Source of the DNA: Marine group II euryarchaeote REDSEA-S11_B3N4 | GTDB taxonomy: Archaea > Thermoplasmatota > Poseidoniia > Poseidoniales > Thalassarchaeaceae | Direction: 5' to 3' | Assembly: GCA_001628485.1 (NCBI GenBank) | Contig: LURR01000012.1 | Coordinates: 146,563-210,562 of the forward strand | DNA: 64,000 nucleotides | Shown here: piece by piece, positions 54,429-63,574 of the stretch | How positions within the stretch are numbered: the stretch's first letter is position 1 | How the letters are laid out: each line of letters begins with the position of its first letter | Made by a program: the position numbers and the translations under genes | The notes under the pieces: model-generated | Databases searched by the model: none | Told to the model about the DNA's origin: nothing | The model's input: only the letters and a program-made list of their open reading frames with translations

Positions 54429-56417
54429 CTAAGTCTGGCCATGAATCTCTTTGTCCTTGGCCACAATCTGTTCCCAGAGCAGCTCTGCGACGTCCATCAC
54501 TTCCATCTCGGCTCCAACTGAATCCAGCCCATCCTTGACCATGATTGAGCAGAAAGGACAGCCCACGGCTACTGTATCGCAACCAGTCTCTGCGAGCTCT
54601 TTGGCCCTGATCTCGTTTACTCGCTTGTCTGCATCCTCCTCCATCCACATCTGCGCACCACCTGCACCACAGCAGAAGGAGTCCTTTCCACTCTTCTCAG
54701 TCTCTACATCTACTCCTCCAATCACACTCCTGGGCTCATCGATTATCCCCCCTATTCTTCCTAGGTAGCATGGGTCGTGGAAAGTAATGCTGCGACCATT
54801 CTTCTCAACCTCGGGGAGCTTACCCTCCTCCTGTAATTTTGCTAGAATCTCCGAATGGTGGAATACCTCCAATTCTTCTCCGCCATAGTCCCCGTACTCT
54901 TTTCCAAGTGTATGGAAGCAATGCGGGCAAGAGGCAATGATGCGCTTAACGCCTAACTCTTGGAAGGTCATCAAATTCGTCTCTGCTAGCATCTGGAACA
55001 GATATTCGTTCCCAGCTCTCCTTGCTGGATCTCCGGAGCAGCCCTCTTGCATACCTAGTATCCCAACATCTAGTCCAGCTTCCTTCAGAAGTGAGATTGT
55101 GGATCTAGCTACCTTCTGGTTCCGTTCATCAAAGCTGGCAGCACAACCCACGAAGTAGATGTACTCAGCAGGCTCTCCTATCTTGACATCCAGATCAGAG
55201 GCCCAATCTGCCCTCTCATGCTCTCCAAAACCATAAGGATTAGATGCAGATTCTATGTTCCCCATAGCAGTGTTTAGAATCTCTGGATATTCCATAGTCT
55301 CCATCATTGCGTTTCTCCTCAAGTCCGTTAGTTTCGGAACATGTTCTATGTAAAGCGGACAAACATCAACACAAGCATTGCACGTGGTGCACGCCCAAAC
55401 CGCCTCATCGGTAATCCGTTGCATCATCGTCTCATCGGGAGTCTCTCCTGAGAGGAGAATTGGAGCATGCTCGTTAGCGTAATCTCTGACATCATGAATT
55501 ACTTGCATTGGGTTCAGGCCCTTGCCTGAAGCGTAGGCTGGACACACGTCCTGACACCTAGCACAGGAGGTACAAGACCACCCGTCAATTAGTTGCCTCC
55601 AAGTGTATTGGGTGTATGTGCTCACCCCGAAAGAGTCTATGTCCAATTCCTCCAGTGGCACGGCTAGACCGTCCTCATCGGTAGCAAGGGGTCGCATCTT
55701 TGCAGAAGGCCCGGTATCATGGAAGAATACGTTAGGGACGGCCATCACCAGATGCATGTGCTTTGAAAGAGGGATCAGGAAAAGGAATACAGATATTGCC
55801 AACATGTGCAACCAATACGCGGCTACTACGGTACCATCTGCCAGACCATAGAGGCTGAATTGGTAGCCTATGGGCTCCCAGAATGCACTGGGATCTTCCT
55901 TCGACTCTATCATAAATGACGTTGAGGTGATTGTGAAAATTAGCAGTAGGATTACGTTTCCTTCCAACTGCGACTTACCTTTGAGCTTCTCAGGAGTGAA
56001 TACCAGACGACGAATCAATGCCGAAACACATCCAATAAGTGCCATCGTATAGCCAAGTTCTACCATCCCGTTCCAAGGTCCAACAAGGACATCAGGAAGC
56101 ATCTTTCCAGAGAATGCATTAGCTGTAGCCAGATCAAACATATCCGATGCTAGCATCAGGAAGCCCCAGAACATCAGAACGTGCATGGTCCCTGCAACAC
56201 GATCCCTCAGCACTTTCTTCTGTCCCAACCAACCTACGACAAATTCCCTGACCCTGGGTCCCCATGAGTCAAATCTCGAGTCCGGTGAACCAATCATCAC
56301 TAGACGCGTTGCCTTCTGTACCTGATAGACGAAGAATCCGATTGACAGACCGCCCATTAGGAGCAGAATCATCCAACCATCAAATGGCCCGTAAGTCTGC
56401 AAGAGGGGGTGCTTCAT
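54429..56417 (-). CDS. HdrD/GlpC-like Fe-S oxidoreductase (two 4Fe-4S ferredoxin motifs + two CCG domains) fused to an N-terminal NarI/HdrE-like 5-TM membrane domain
   Basis: Ferredoxin motifs CTSCARCQDVCP and CTTCNACVDVCP. CCG-domain cysteines (CAASFD...CPHCFHTL; FCCGAGG...CPFCSIMV). N-terminal ~230 aa has 5 TM helices with conserved His. Confidence 0.75.
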   Translation of the reverse strand: MKHPLLQTYGPFDGWMILLLMGGLSIGFFVYQVQKATRLVMIGSPDSRFDSWGPRVREFVVGWLGQKKVLRDRVAGTMHVLMFWGFLMLASDMFDLATANAFSGKMLPDVLVGPWNGMVELGYTMALIGCVSALIRRLVFTPEKLKGKSQLEGNVILLLIFTITSTSFMIESKEDPSAFWEPIGYQFSLYGLADGTVVAAYWLHMLAISVFLFLIPLSKHMHLVMAVPNVFFHDTGPSAKMRPLATDEDGLAVPLEELDIDSFGVSTYTQYTWRQLIDGWSCTSCARCQDVCPAYASGKGLNPMQVIHDVRDYANEHAPILLSGETPDETMMQRITDEAVWACTTCNACVDVCPLYIEHVPKLTDLRRNAMMETMEYPEILNTAMGNIESASNPYGFGEHERADWASDLDVKIGEPAEYIYFVGCAASFDERNQKVARSTISLLKEAGLDVGILGMQEGCSGDPARRAGNEYLFQMLAETNLMTFQELGVKRIIASCPHCFHTLGKEYGDYGGEELEVFHHSEILAKLQEEGKLPEVEKNGRSITFHDPCYLGRIGGIIDEPRSVIGGVDVETEKSGKDSFCCGAGGAQMWMEEDADKRVNEIRAKELAETGCDTVAVGCPFCSIMVKDGLDSVGAEMEVMDVAELLWEQIVAKDKEIHGQT

Positions 56418-56502
56418 CCGTGCTCACCTGGGTTTTCCTGAATCTGTCGCCTACAAACAAGACCTTGAAACAACCGCTAAAGAGGCCAACAATCATGTCC
56501 TA

Positions 56503-57492
56503 ATGTGTAGGCCCCAAGATATGCCCAGCGCATTCGCACCAGGCAAGTGCATCCTTTTCGGAGAGCATGCGGTAGTTTTCGGTCATCCTGCCGTAGCCGT
56601 GGCCATTGAGCAGGGAGTAAGAGTTAGTGTGCAAGGCTCCAATGAATGGCTTCTCGAGGGTCAGCCATTTGAGCCCTCCAAGCACCCGCATATTTCCCAC
56701 ATAATCCAGAATATCTTCCAGTACAACGGCCAACCTCTGGATATCGATGTACAATCCTCACTTTTCTCAGCAGCTGGGATGGGCTCTTCCGCGGCTCTAT
56801 CAAATGCCTTCGGGGCTGCTATGCACTCACATCTGAACCCCAGCACCCCCCTCGATCCGATTAGATTGGCGAAAATGGCTCACTCTGCGGAAGCAACAGC
56901 CCAGAAGGGCAGGGCCAGTCCGACAGATACAGCGACCAGCGCTCTTGGGGGGTGTGTCGTGGTTTCAGGACAACATGTTACAGGCACTAGGCACGTTTTC
57001 GATACCAGCTTGGAGACTCCTGAAGGATCGCGGAAGTGGGCGATTAATGTCGTCGACCTACCTGCAGATATTGATGATGCATGGCTAGTAGTGGGATACT
57101 CTGGTACCGGCTCTCCAACTGGTAGGATGGTGGCCAAAGTAGCTAGTCTAATCTCTGAGTCCCCACAGAGGATGGAGGAAATGGAGACGATTGCAAATAT
57201 TACGAGGGCGGGATTGACAGCACTCTCTGCTGGAAATCTGGAGGGCCTGGGAATAGCAATGGATGCTTGTCACGAAAGCCTCAGGAAGTTGGAAGTCAGT
57301 ACCAATAAGTTGGATCGCATGGTCAGTTCAGCAAGGCCCCATTCTCTAGGTGCAAAACTTACTGGTGCCGGTGGAGGGGGGTGCATGGTGGCACTCACCC
57401 AGGATCCGGATAGAGTTTCTGAGGCTATCGAGATTGCCGGGGGCAGGCCCCTAAAGACAAAATTAGGCTCACAAGGAGTAAGTATTCTGTAG
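56503..57492 (+). CDS. mvk: Mevalonate kinase
   Basis: APGKCILFGEHAVVFGHPAVAVAI N-terminal signature, GHMP loop SAAGMGSSAALSNAFGAAM, C-terminal KLTGAGGGGCMVAL. Likely true start at MPSAF (56521). Confidence 0.85.
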   Translation: MCRPQDMPSAFAPGKCILFGEHAVVFGHPAVAVAIEQGVRVSVQGSNEWLLEGQPFEPSKHPHISHIIQNIFQYNGQPLDIDVQSSLFSAAGMGSSAALSNAFGAAMHSHLNPSTPLDPIRLAKMAHSAEATAQKGRASPTDTATSALGGCVVVSGQHVTGTRHVFDTSLETPEGSRKWAINVVDLPADIDDAWLVVGYSGTGSPTGRMVAKVASLISESPQRMEEMETIANITRAGLTALSAGNLEGLGIAMDACHESLRKLEVSTNKLDRMVSSARPHSLGAKLTGAGGGGCMVALTQDPDRVSEAIEIAGGRPLKTKLGSQGVSIL

Positions 57493-57572
57493 TTGCAATT
57501 GAAAGGACACCGTCTCTAATTGTTCATGTTATTTATATTATCATTTATAAGAGGGAAGTCGACCGTCAACCT

Positions 57573-58289
57573 ATGCTCAGCGATGAAGAAAGACTTACTG
57601 TAGTGAATGTGGTGGCATCTACCAGGGTAGCGGAGGAACTGGACCTCCCAGACATAGCAATCCAGTTGAACTGCGAATACGAGCCAGAGCAGTTCCCAGG
57701 GGTCGTTTACAGGGTAGTCGATCCAAAGTTAGCAATTCTGATGTTCAGATCCGGAAGGGCGGTTTGTACTGGTGGTAAGAACGAGGACAACATCCAGACG
57801 GGTATAGAGAGGATGATTGGCGATCTAAGAAATGCCGGAATAGAGACTTGGGAACTAAAGGATGTTGAAATCGAGGTCCAGAATATGGTAGCAACGTACT
57901 CACTATTCTATCCCGAGGACTACGGAGAAGTCGCAAAGATGGACGACATCAACACGAAGGTTATCGATGAAGATGGCGGTGGAATCAGAGCAGCAACCGA
58001 CGAGGAAGTTGAAAACGAGGACCCCAGGATTAGGGGAATACTAGAGGGAGAGCCTTTGGCAGCCCTCCCAAGGAAACTCAATCTAAACAACCTGACCTTC
58101 CACCTTCCATTCGACAAGGTGGAATACGAGCCCGAGCAGTTCCCAGGCTTGATTTACAGGCTAGACTACCCTCGCGTGGTGTGTCTTATTTTCGGTAGTG
58201 GGAAGATGGTGATTACTGGAGCCAGACACAAGGATGAGATTCTTGAGGCAGTAGAGCAGATAAAAGACGAGCTAGCGGACCTCCTGTAG
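57573..58289 (+). CDS. tbp: TATA-box-binding protein with an atypical ~40-aa acidic insertion in the second repeat
   Basis: Both repeats present (NVVAST...YEPEQFPGVVYRV...SGRAVCTGGK and QNMVATYSL...YEPEQFPGLIYRL...SGKMVITGAR). 238 aa versus ~180-185 for typical archaeal TBP. The extra DDINTKVIDEDGGGIRAATDEEVENEDPRIRGILEGEPLAAL lies between S1' and the YEPEQFPG strand. Confidence 0.9.
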   Translation: MLSDEERLTVVNVVASTRVAEELDLPDIAIQLNCEYEPEQFPGVVYRVVDPKLAILMFRSGRAVCTGGKNEDNIQTGIERMIGDLRNAGIETWELKDVEIEVQNMVATYSLFYPEDYGEVAKMDDINTKVIDEDGGGIRAATDEEVENEDPRIRGILEGEPLAALPRKLNLNNLTFHLPFDKVEYEPEQFPGLIYRLDYPRVVCLIFGSGKMVITGARHKDEILEAVEQIKDELADLL

Positions 58290-58319
58290 GGTTCAACCAA
58301 CGTTATTGGGCAGACCTGC

Positions 58320-61300
58320 TTGCGTGATGCCATGCGCGCCGCATGCTTATCGGCAATGGCTGTAGCCATTCTTGCCTTCGCACAGTTTTCCTATTCGTTT
58401 TCACCCGATGATTTTCACATCAGAGACTCCAGTTCCCATGAGTCACATGTGCAGGCAATGACGACTACCGGGACTGCAGATGTTCCTATCTGGAGAGTGA
58501 ATGACAACTGGATGTACGATGGTTTCCTAGATGTGGGGGATTTCGTTGCAGACTCAGGGGTGTCCACAAATGTCGAGACCCTAGATGGGTCACTAGATCG
58601 AACGGTCGAAGACATCTACCTAATGGAAATAGACGGCAAGGAAACTCTGGTTTACAAGGTGGAATCGGTCGGAGAATACGAGTCGGACGGGGTAATACAA
58701 ATCGATGGGACAAGCGGCTGCCTCTATGTGGATATGCAGACAATAGAGATCATCAGAGTCTCTGATCTAGCAACCTATTCCCAGGAAGTAACAATTGACG
58801 TGTACTTCGATCCGCTATTCTTCGGATGCGCCGCTTGGCTGAGGCAGGATATCGGTGAGCTCGTCGTCGAGAACACATATGAGCCCCCATTGGAGAACTA
58901 TGACTTCCCGATCTCAGTAGGGGAGTCTTGGGGGATGGATTACGAACAAGCCACTAATTACAGCGGTTCTAGCAATTACGTCGACATACCGGAAGATTCG
59001 AGCGACTCGAACTCCACGAGTTGGTCTGTAGTCAGCCAGGGCAACTCCGGTGTTGCTTACCCCGGATGCTACCAGTCGTTCAACGTGACAGCATACGACT
59101 CAGACGGCGAGGAGACCGGATACAACTGGTTCTGTCCAGCCGTAAGAGGAGAGGTGAAGAGCACAATGGAACAGGCTTTCGGGTTCCTAGCAGTACACGA
59201 GCTAGTGAGCTATCAACCAGTCCAGAGGGGCAAGTTGGTTTCTATCGATGTCCAGTACCCCCTCTCTCCCACTGATATCGAGATATCCGCTTGGATTAAC
59301 GTAACTAATCAGGGACAGGGTGTATCTGGTCAAGAGATACAATTCAGGTATGAATCAGATGAACAGTTTCGGAATGTGACAACCGACGAAAACGGAACCT
59401 GCCACATAGTGTTCAATTCGGGGGATAATCCTGATGATACCGATGGACTCGGGGAGTTAGGAAGTCATGGACTAATCGCTTGGATTGGCGATGAGAGCAT
59501 TATCGGAGGCAGGACTCTTTCGATAGACTCCGAGATTCACGAGATTGACTTGGTTACTAGGTCATCGGCGGTTACCGTCCAGAGGTTCCGACCATCCACT
59601 GGGAACCAGTTGACTCTCGACTCATCTATCGGTTTCGCGGCAATCTCAGGAGATGTCCTGACCTTCTCCGTACCCGTATTAAATCGTGGACTAATTCAGT
59701 CCCCATACTCTACGATAGTGGTGAGCGCTCCTGATGGTACGGGAGTATCTGGAACAGTTCCTCCATTGGGGAGCCTGGAGGAATCTAGGGTTTTTGTGAA
59801 CTGGACAGTCCCCGAGTCCCAATCATTCGGAAACGTTTACCTTTACTTCGAGGTTGACCCTCAGGAGGAGATACCCGAGGATGGGAACAGGACCAACAAC
59901 CAAGGCTCCTTCGTATTGTATATCGGAGGGCTGCCTCTTGCCTTCCTCTCTCACCCCAACGAAATCCTAACCTATGAGGGGGCGACACTCGACGCCACCT
60001 CCTCATACGATTCCGATGGCGGAGAAATAGAATGCGAGTTCAATATCCAGAAAGTCGACGGCTCAACGTTCCAGACCATAGATGACGACTGTATCTTGGA
60101 ATGGTCTTGGCCAGACGACGGCTCATTCTCGGTTGAGGTATTAATTACCGATGGTGAGAGCGACAAGACCACTGCCCAGTCCACGATATCGATACTCAAT
60201 CGGCCTCCGGAGATTTCCATCGGAACCGACAACGATGACGTCGTTGTGACCAATCCGATCACCTTCTTCGTGACTAACAGCAGCGATATCGACACACTGA
60301 ACCCATCCGCACCAATAGAGATTCTTTGGGATGCAGGATGCTCGGAGGGCCAAGTAGGGCAATCGTGTACATTGACTCCGATAGTCGAGGGGAACCTGAC
60401 CGTTACAGTCATGGCGACCGATGATGACGGAGCCATCACGACGGCTCAGCACTCCGTTCATGTGACCAACATAGCCCCATCCAATCCGGTAGCTGAACTT
60501 TACATAGGTGAGACTAGGATTTTTCCCGATAGCAGAGGCGTGTTCATCGTACATGAGGGGGATGAAATCACGTTATGGGGCCAGGCCGACGACTCCTCAA
60601 ACGATCTCGAATCTCTAAATCACATCTGGAAGCCAGATGCAGAGGACCTCCCTGAACTGATTTTCTCTAGCTTCGGTGAGAGGAGTACTATTTCCGGGGT
60701 TTCCTACAATACCTCTGGGATGCACCTTGCAACCCTTCAGGTATTCGACGATGATGGCGAGTCAACTGAAGTCCTGATAGTGCCGATCCAAGTAGAAAAC
60801 GTAGCTCCTGTAATTTCCCCAATCACTACGACCTTGGGCCAGCTCGACGAGGATGAGGAATTCACCATTTCCCCCCAGGTAATCGAAACGGGAACCGACT
60901 CAGAGCGGCTGGTTCACTGCTTTGACCTGAACCCTGTCGACGACTCGGACTCCGATGGGCAGTCTGGAAACGATTGCGACGTCGAATCGCCTTCTCTTGT
61001 CCACTCATGGCCGGACTCAACTACTGCCCCAGAATCCCTCATCTTCCACGTTACGGATGATGATGGCGAATCGGCATCAATCGAGTTCTCGTTCTCCGTT
61101 GTGAACGCCCCTCCGGCTGCCTTCGCCTCTGCAAGTGTCTCAAATCCCACTGAGGGCGATTCAATCGTGCTTTCAGCCAATGGGACCGTGGACTCTCAAG
61201 CAGATATGGACTCGTTGCAGTTCCACTGGGACATCGACATCACCTCAGACTCGGACGGTGACGGAGATCCGGCTAACGATGTCGACTATACCGGCAGGTG

Positions 61301-61784
61301 GATCGAGTTCTCCTATGACTCGGGAGGTTCCAAGAAAGCGAAATTAACTGTCCTCGATGACAGTTCTAGCCATTCCGTGACTATGGATCTAGAAGTGGCA
61401 GATGCGCCCGTATCGTTCTCAGAAGAACTAACTTCCAACATCGTCCCGATAATCTTCACCTTGATCGTAGTCTCCGCAGGTGCTTGGGCATTATTTAGGA
61501 ACCCAAGTAAGAGTCGCTCGGAAGAGGAAAAGAAAGCATCAGATATCGATTTTGACGCAGCATTCGATGAACCAGAGACTCCTGTCATAGACCCCAATGA
61601 GATGTTCGCACCACCAGGGGAATCGCCACGGGAAGATGCGGCAATCCTGGATGGCTTGGACGAAGTTCTGGACGAGTTAGGATTGGGCAAGGAAGATTCT
61701 CCAGTAATCCCATCGGCACCTAGAATCGACGACGCAAACAGCAATCTTGACCCTGAGGATATCGAAGCCCTCTTTGAGGAGTAG
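58320..61784 (+). CDS. Large cell-surface protein with repeated PKD/Ig-like domains, C-terminal TM anchor and acidic cytoplasmic tail
   Basis: Signal peptide (AACLSAMAVAILAFAQFSYS). Recurring DDDG...V.V.N(A/R)(A/P)P repeat endings (VLITDGESDK...ILNRPP; VMATDDDGA...VTNIAPS; LQVFDDDGES...VENVAPV; VTDDDGESA...VVNAPPA). TM IVPIIFTLIVVSAGAWALF, followed by a D/E-rich tail. Confidence 0.6.
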   Translation: MRDAMRAACLSAMAVAILAFAQFSYSFSPDDFHIRDSSSHESHVQAMTTTGTADVPIWRVNDNWMYDGFLDVGDFVADSGVSTNVETLDGSLDRTVEDIYLMEIDGKETLVYKVESVGEYESDGVIQIDGTSGCLYVDMQTIEIIRVSDLATYSQEVTIDVYFDPLFFGCAAWLRQDIGELVVENTYEPPLENYDFPISVGESWGMDYEQATNYSGSSNYVDIPEDSSDSNSTSWSVVSQGNSGVAYPGCYQSFNVTAYDSDGEETGYNWFCPAVRGEVKSTMEQAFGFLAVHELVSYQPVQRGKLVSIDVQYPLSPTDIEISAWINVTNQGQGVSGQEIQFRYESDEQFRNVTTDENGTCHIVFNSGDNPDDTDGLGELGSHGLIAWIGDESIIGGRTLSIDSEIHEIDLVTRSSAVTVQRFRPSTGNQLTLDSSIGFAAISGDVLTFSVPVLNRGLIQSPYSTIVVSAPDGTGVSGTVPPLGSLEESRVFVNWTVPESQSFGNVYLYFEVDPQEEIPEDGNRTNNQGSFVLYIGGLPLAFLSHPNEILTYEGATLDATSSYDSDGGEIECEFNIQKVDGSTFQTIDDDCILEWSWPDDGSFSVEVLITDGESDKTTAQSTISILNRPPEISIGTDNDDVVVTNPITFFVTNSSDIDTLNPSAPIEILWDAGCSEGQVGQSCTLTPIVEGNLTVTVMATDDDGAITTAQHSVHVTNIAPSNPVAELYIGETRIFPDSRGVFIVHEGDEITLWGQADDSSNDLESLNHIWKPDAEDLPELIFSSFGERSTISGVSYNTSGMHLATLQVFDDDGESTEVLIVPIQVENVAPVISPITTTLGQLDEDEEFTISPQVIETGTDSERLVHCFDLNPVDDSDSDGQSGNDCDVESPSLVHSWPDSTTAPESLIFHVTDDDGESASIEFSFSVVNAPPAAFASASVSNPTEGDSIVLSANGTVDSQADMDSLQFHWDIDITSDSDGDGDPANDVDYTGRWIEFSYDSGGSKKAKLTVLDDSSSHSVTMDLEVADAPVSFSEELTSNIVPIIFTLIVVSAGAWALFRNPSKSRSEEEKKASDIDFDAAFDEPETPVIDPNEMFAPPGESPREDAAILDGLDEVLDELGLGKEDSPVIPSAPRIDDANSNLDPEDIEALFEE

Positions 61785-61798
61785 TCGCCGGCCGAGCC

Positions 61799-62269
61799 GT
61801 GGTCAATCTGTTCCGGCTCCTGGGTCTGCCCAATCCGAACACAACTCCGACGGCCACAAAAGGAGGGAGTCTGAGGGCGACTGAACCCGGGCCTAAGGCA
61901 GGAAACCGATTCCACGATCTCGGAGAGTCTAGGTGGTCCGAGAGGACAGAGAGGATAACCGAGAGGCCCTCCAGGAGAGTCATCTACATGGAGCCAGATG
62001 GCCTACACAGACTCCAATTGGAGGGGATAGAGGGGAATCTCTCCATGGGGGATATGGTAATCGTGGACCTCAGTTCACTGAATCATATGCCCAGCCAGCA
62101 ATCGGTATGCTCCAGGAGGGCCCAGGATCTCGGAGATCGAACGAACCTCCATGTATTTGCGTTGAACGAGGACGACACCCTACTGATGATCCCAGGTGCG
62201 AAGATGAGAGTTGACACGCACAAGCACATGCTCGGCTCGCCCTCACTGGACCGAGCGATAGAGAACTAG
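61799..62269 (+). CDS. sepF: SepF-like cell-division protein (DUF552)
   Basis: N-terminal amphipathic helix MVNLFRLLGL, a disordered linker, and a C-terminal core (GDMVIVDLSSLNHMP...DLGDRTNLHVFALNEDDTLLMIPGAKMRVD) resembling the SepF FtsZ-binding domain. Confidence 0.55.
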   Translation: MVNLFRLLGLPNPNTTPTATKGGSLRATEPGPKAGNRFHDLGESRWSERTERITERPSRRVIYMEPDGLHRLQLEGIEGNLSMGDMVIVDLSSLNHMPSQQSVCSRRAQDLGDRTNLHVFALNEDDTLLMIPGAKMRVDTHKHMLGSPSLDRAIEN

Positions 62270-62279
62270 ATTTCCTCCG

Positions 62280-62483
62280 CTATTCCTCTTCCAGCCATTG
62301 GTCGAGCTCGCCATTTGAGACTTCCATCACTGCATGCTCGGTGAAATCACGGTAATTCTCCCATTTCTCTATCTCTTCCTCTGAGTCTCCCCGATCCCTC
62401 TTTCTGTTAATGGAATCATCGGCGTATATCACGCATTTGCGTAGGAAGGAAGCCACCAGCGAACGTCGTTCTTCGAGGTCCAT
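62280..62483 (-). CDS. Small acidic hypothetical protein (67 aa)
   Basis: ORF with coding-like composition, ending 2 nt before the start of the Bcp gene. No recognisable motifs. Confidence 0.3.
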   Translation of the reverse strand: MDLEERRSLVASFLRKCVIYADDSINRKRDRGDSEEEIEKWENYRDFTEHAVMEVSNGELDQWLEEE

Positions 62484-62484
62484 T

Positions 62485-62964
62485 CTATCCTACCTTTAAC
62501 TCCTCAATCAAAGAATCAACATGTCCCTTGGTTTTCACTCCGTAACCAACCCAGGCTATTTTCCCGTCAACGCCTATTGCGAAGGTTGAACGCAATGTTC
62601 CCATGTATGTCTTGCCATACATGCTCTTCTCCCTCCAAGTGCCATAGGATTCGTGTAGGGCTGCATCCTCATCTACGATCAAATCGAATGGGAGCTCGTG
62701 CTTGTCGATGAACTTCTGATGAGACTTGGCACTATCCGTGGATACTCCAATGACCTTCCAAGAGCTATCTTCGAATCTCCCGAAGTTATCCCTGAAGTCA
62801 CATGCCTGGATGGTACATCCTGGTGTGTTGTCTCTAGGATAGAAGTACAGAATTACCCCTCTCCCGGTGGAAAGTATCTCCGAAAGAGAGACCTTTCCTC
62901 CATCCGTAACTTCGGCCTCGAAGCTCGGGGCCTCATCTCCAATAGCTAGTTCTACAGTTGCCAT
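62485..62964 (-). CDS. bcp: Peroxiredoxin, Bcp/PrxQ type (thiol peroxidase)
   Basis: FYPRDNTPGCTIQACDFRD, the peroxidatic/resolving Cys pair of Bcp-type 1-Cys/atypical 2-Cys peroxiredoxins. Confidence 0.85.
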   Translation of the reverse strand: MATVELAIGDEAPSFEAEVTDGGKVSLSEILSTGRGVILYFYPRDNTPGCTIQACDFRDNFGRFEDSSWKVIGVSTDSAKSHQKFIDKHELPFDLIVDEDAALHESYGTWREKSMYGKTYMGTLRSTFAIGVDGKIAWVGYGVKTKGHVDSLIEELKVG

Positions 62965-63001
62965 GCAATGGCGTGTCGAACTCGACTCATGAAGGCTACC
63001 A

Positions 63002-63574
63002 TCACTCGATATAACTCTTCAAAGATACCGAAGCAGGCATGGATGGTGGTTCGCTGAATCCGAAGCAAGCGTTAGTGGTGAAACTCTCGGATCCTCCAAG
63101 CTCATGACCATCGAAGCTCGCTTCAGCATTCAGAACTCTTGAGATCGATCTAATCGAGTACCACTCTCTTCTGTTGTTCTTGGTTCTGCCATGTGTCTTT
63201 GTGCCAAAAAGCACCCTTGCAAAAAATGCCTCTATAGTTGCGATGAACCACAATGGCCTCCAGATGGGGATGGGAAGGGATATCCCCCAAGAGATAACCA
63301 CTGAAAGGCCCCCTCCTTCGATAGAAATCCCTCTCCGAGTCCTTTCGACGGTAATATCGGTAATCTCCACACTCTCGAAGTTGTATAGTTCCGAGACGTA
63401 TTTCGCGTGGTCCTCGGAAGGGGACAGAAGGACTCTGGTCCCGTCCGGCTTGGCCCACATTATGTTAGTGAAACTACCAATTGGCGAATCATGCCAGTCT
63501 CCAATCACAATCCTGTCCCCACTCGAGAATCCGGTAGAGGTAATCCTGCCTGCGAAAATCTCCAAATCAACCAC
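63002..63574 (-). CDS. Hypothetical protein
   Basis: 190-aa ORF with coding-like composition. No motif recognised. 8-nt overlap with the nth stop region. Confidence 0.35.
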   Translation of the reverse strand: MVDLEIFAGRITSTGFSSGDRIVIGDWHDSPIGSFTNIMWAKPDGTRVLLSPSEDHAKYVSELYNFESVEITDITVERTRRGISIEGGGLSVVISWGISLPIPIWRPLWFIATIEAFFARVLFGTKTHGRTKNNRREWYSIRSISRVLNAEASFDGHELGGSESFTTNACFGFSEPPSMPASVSLKSYIE

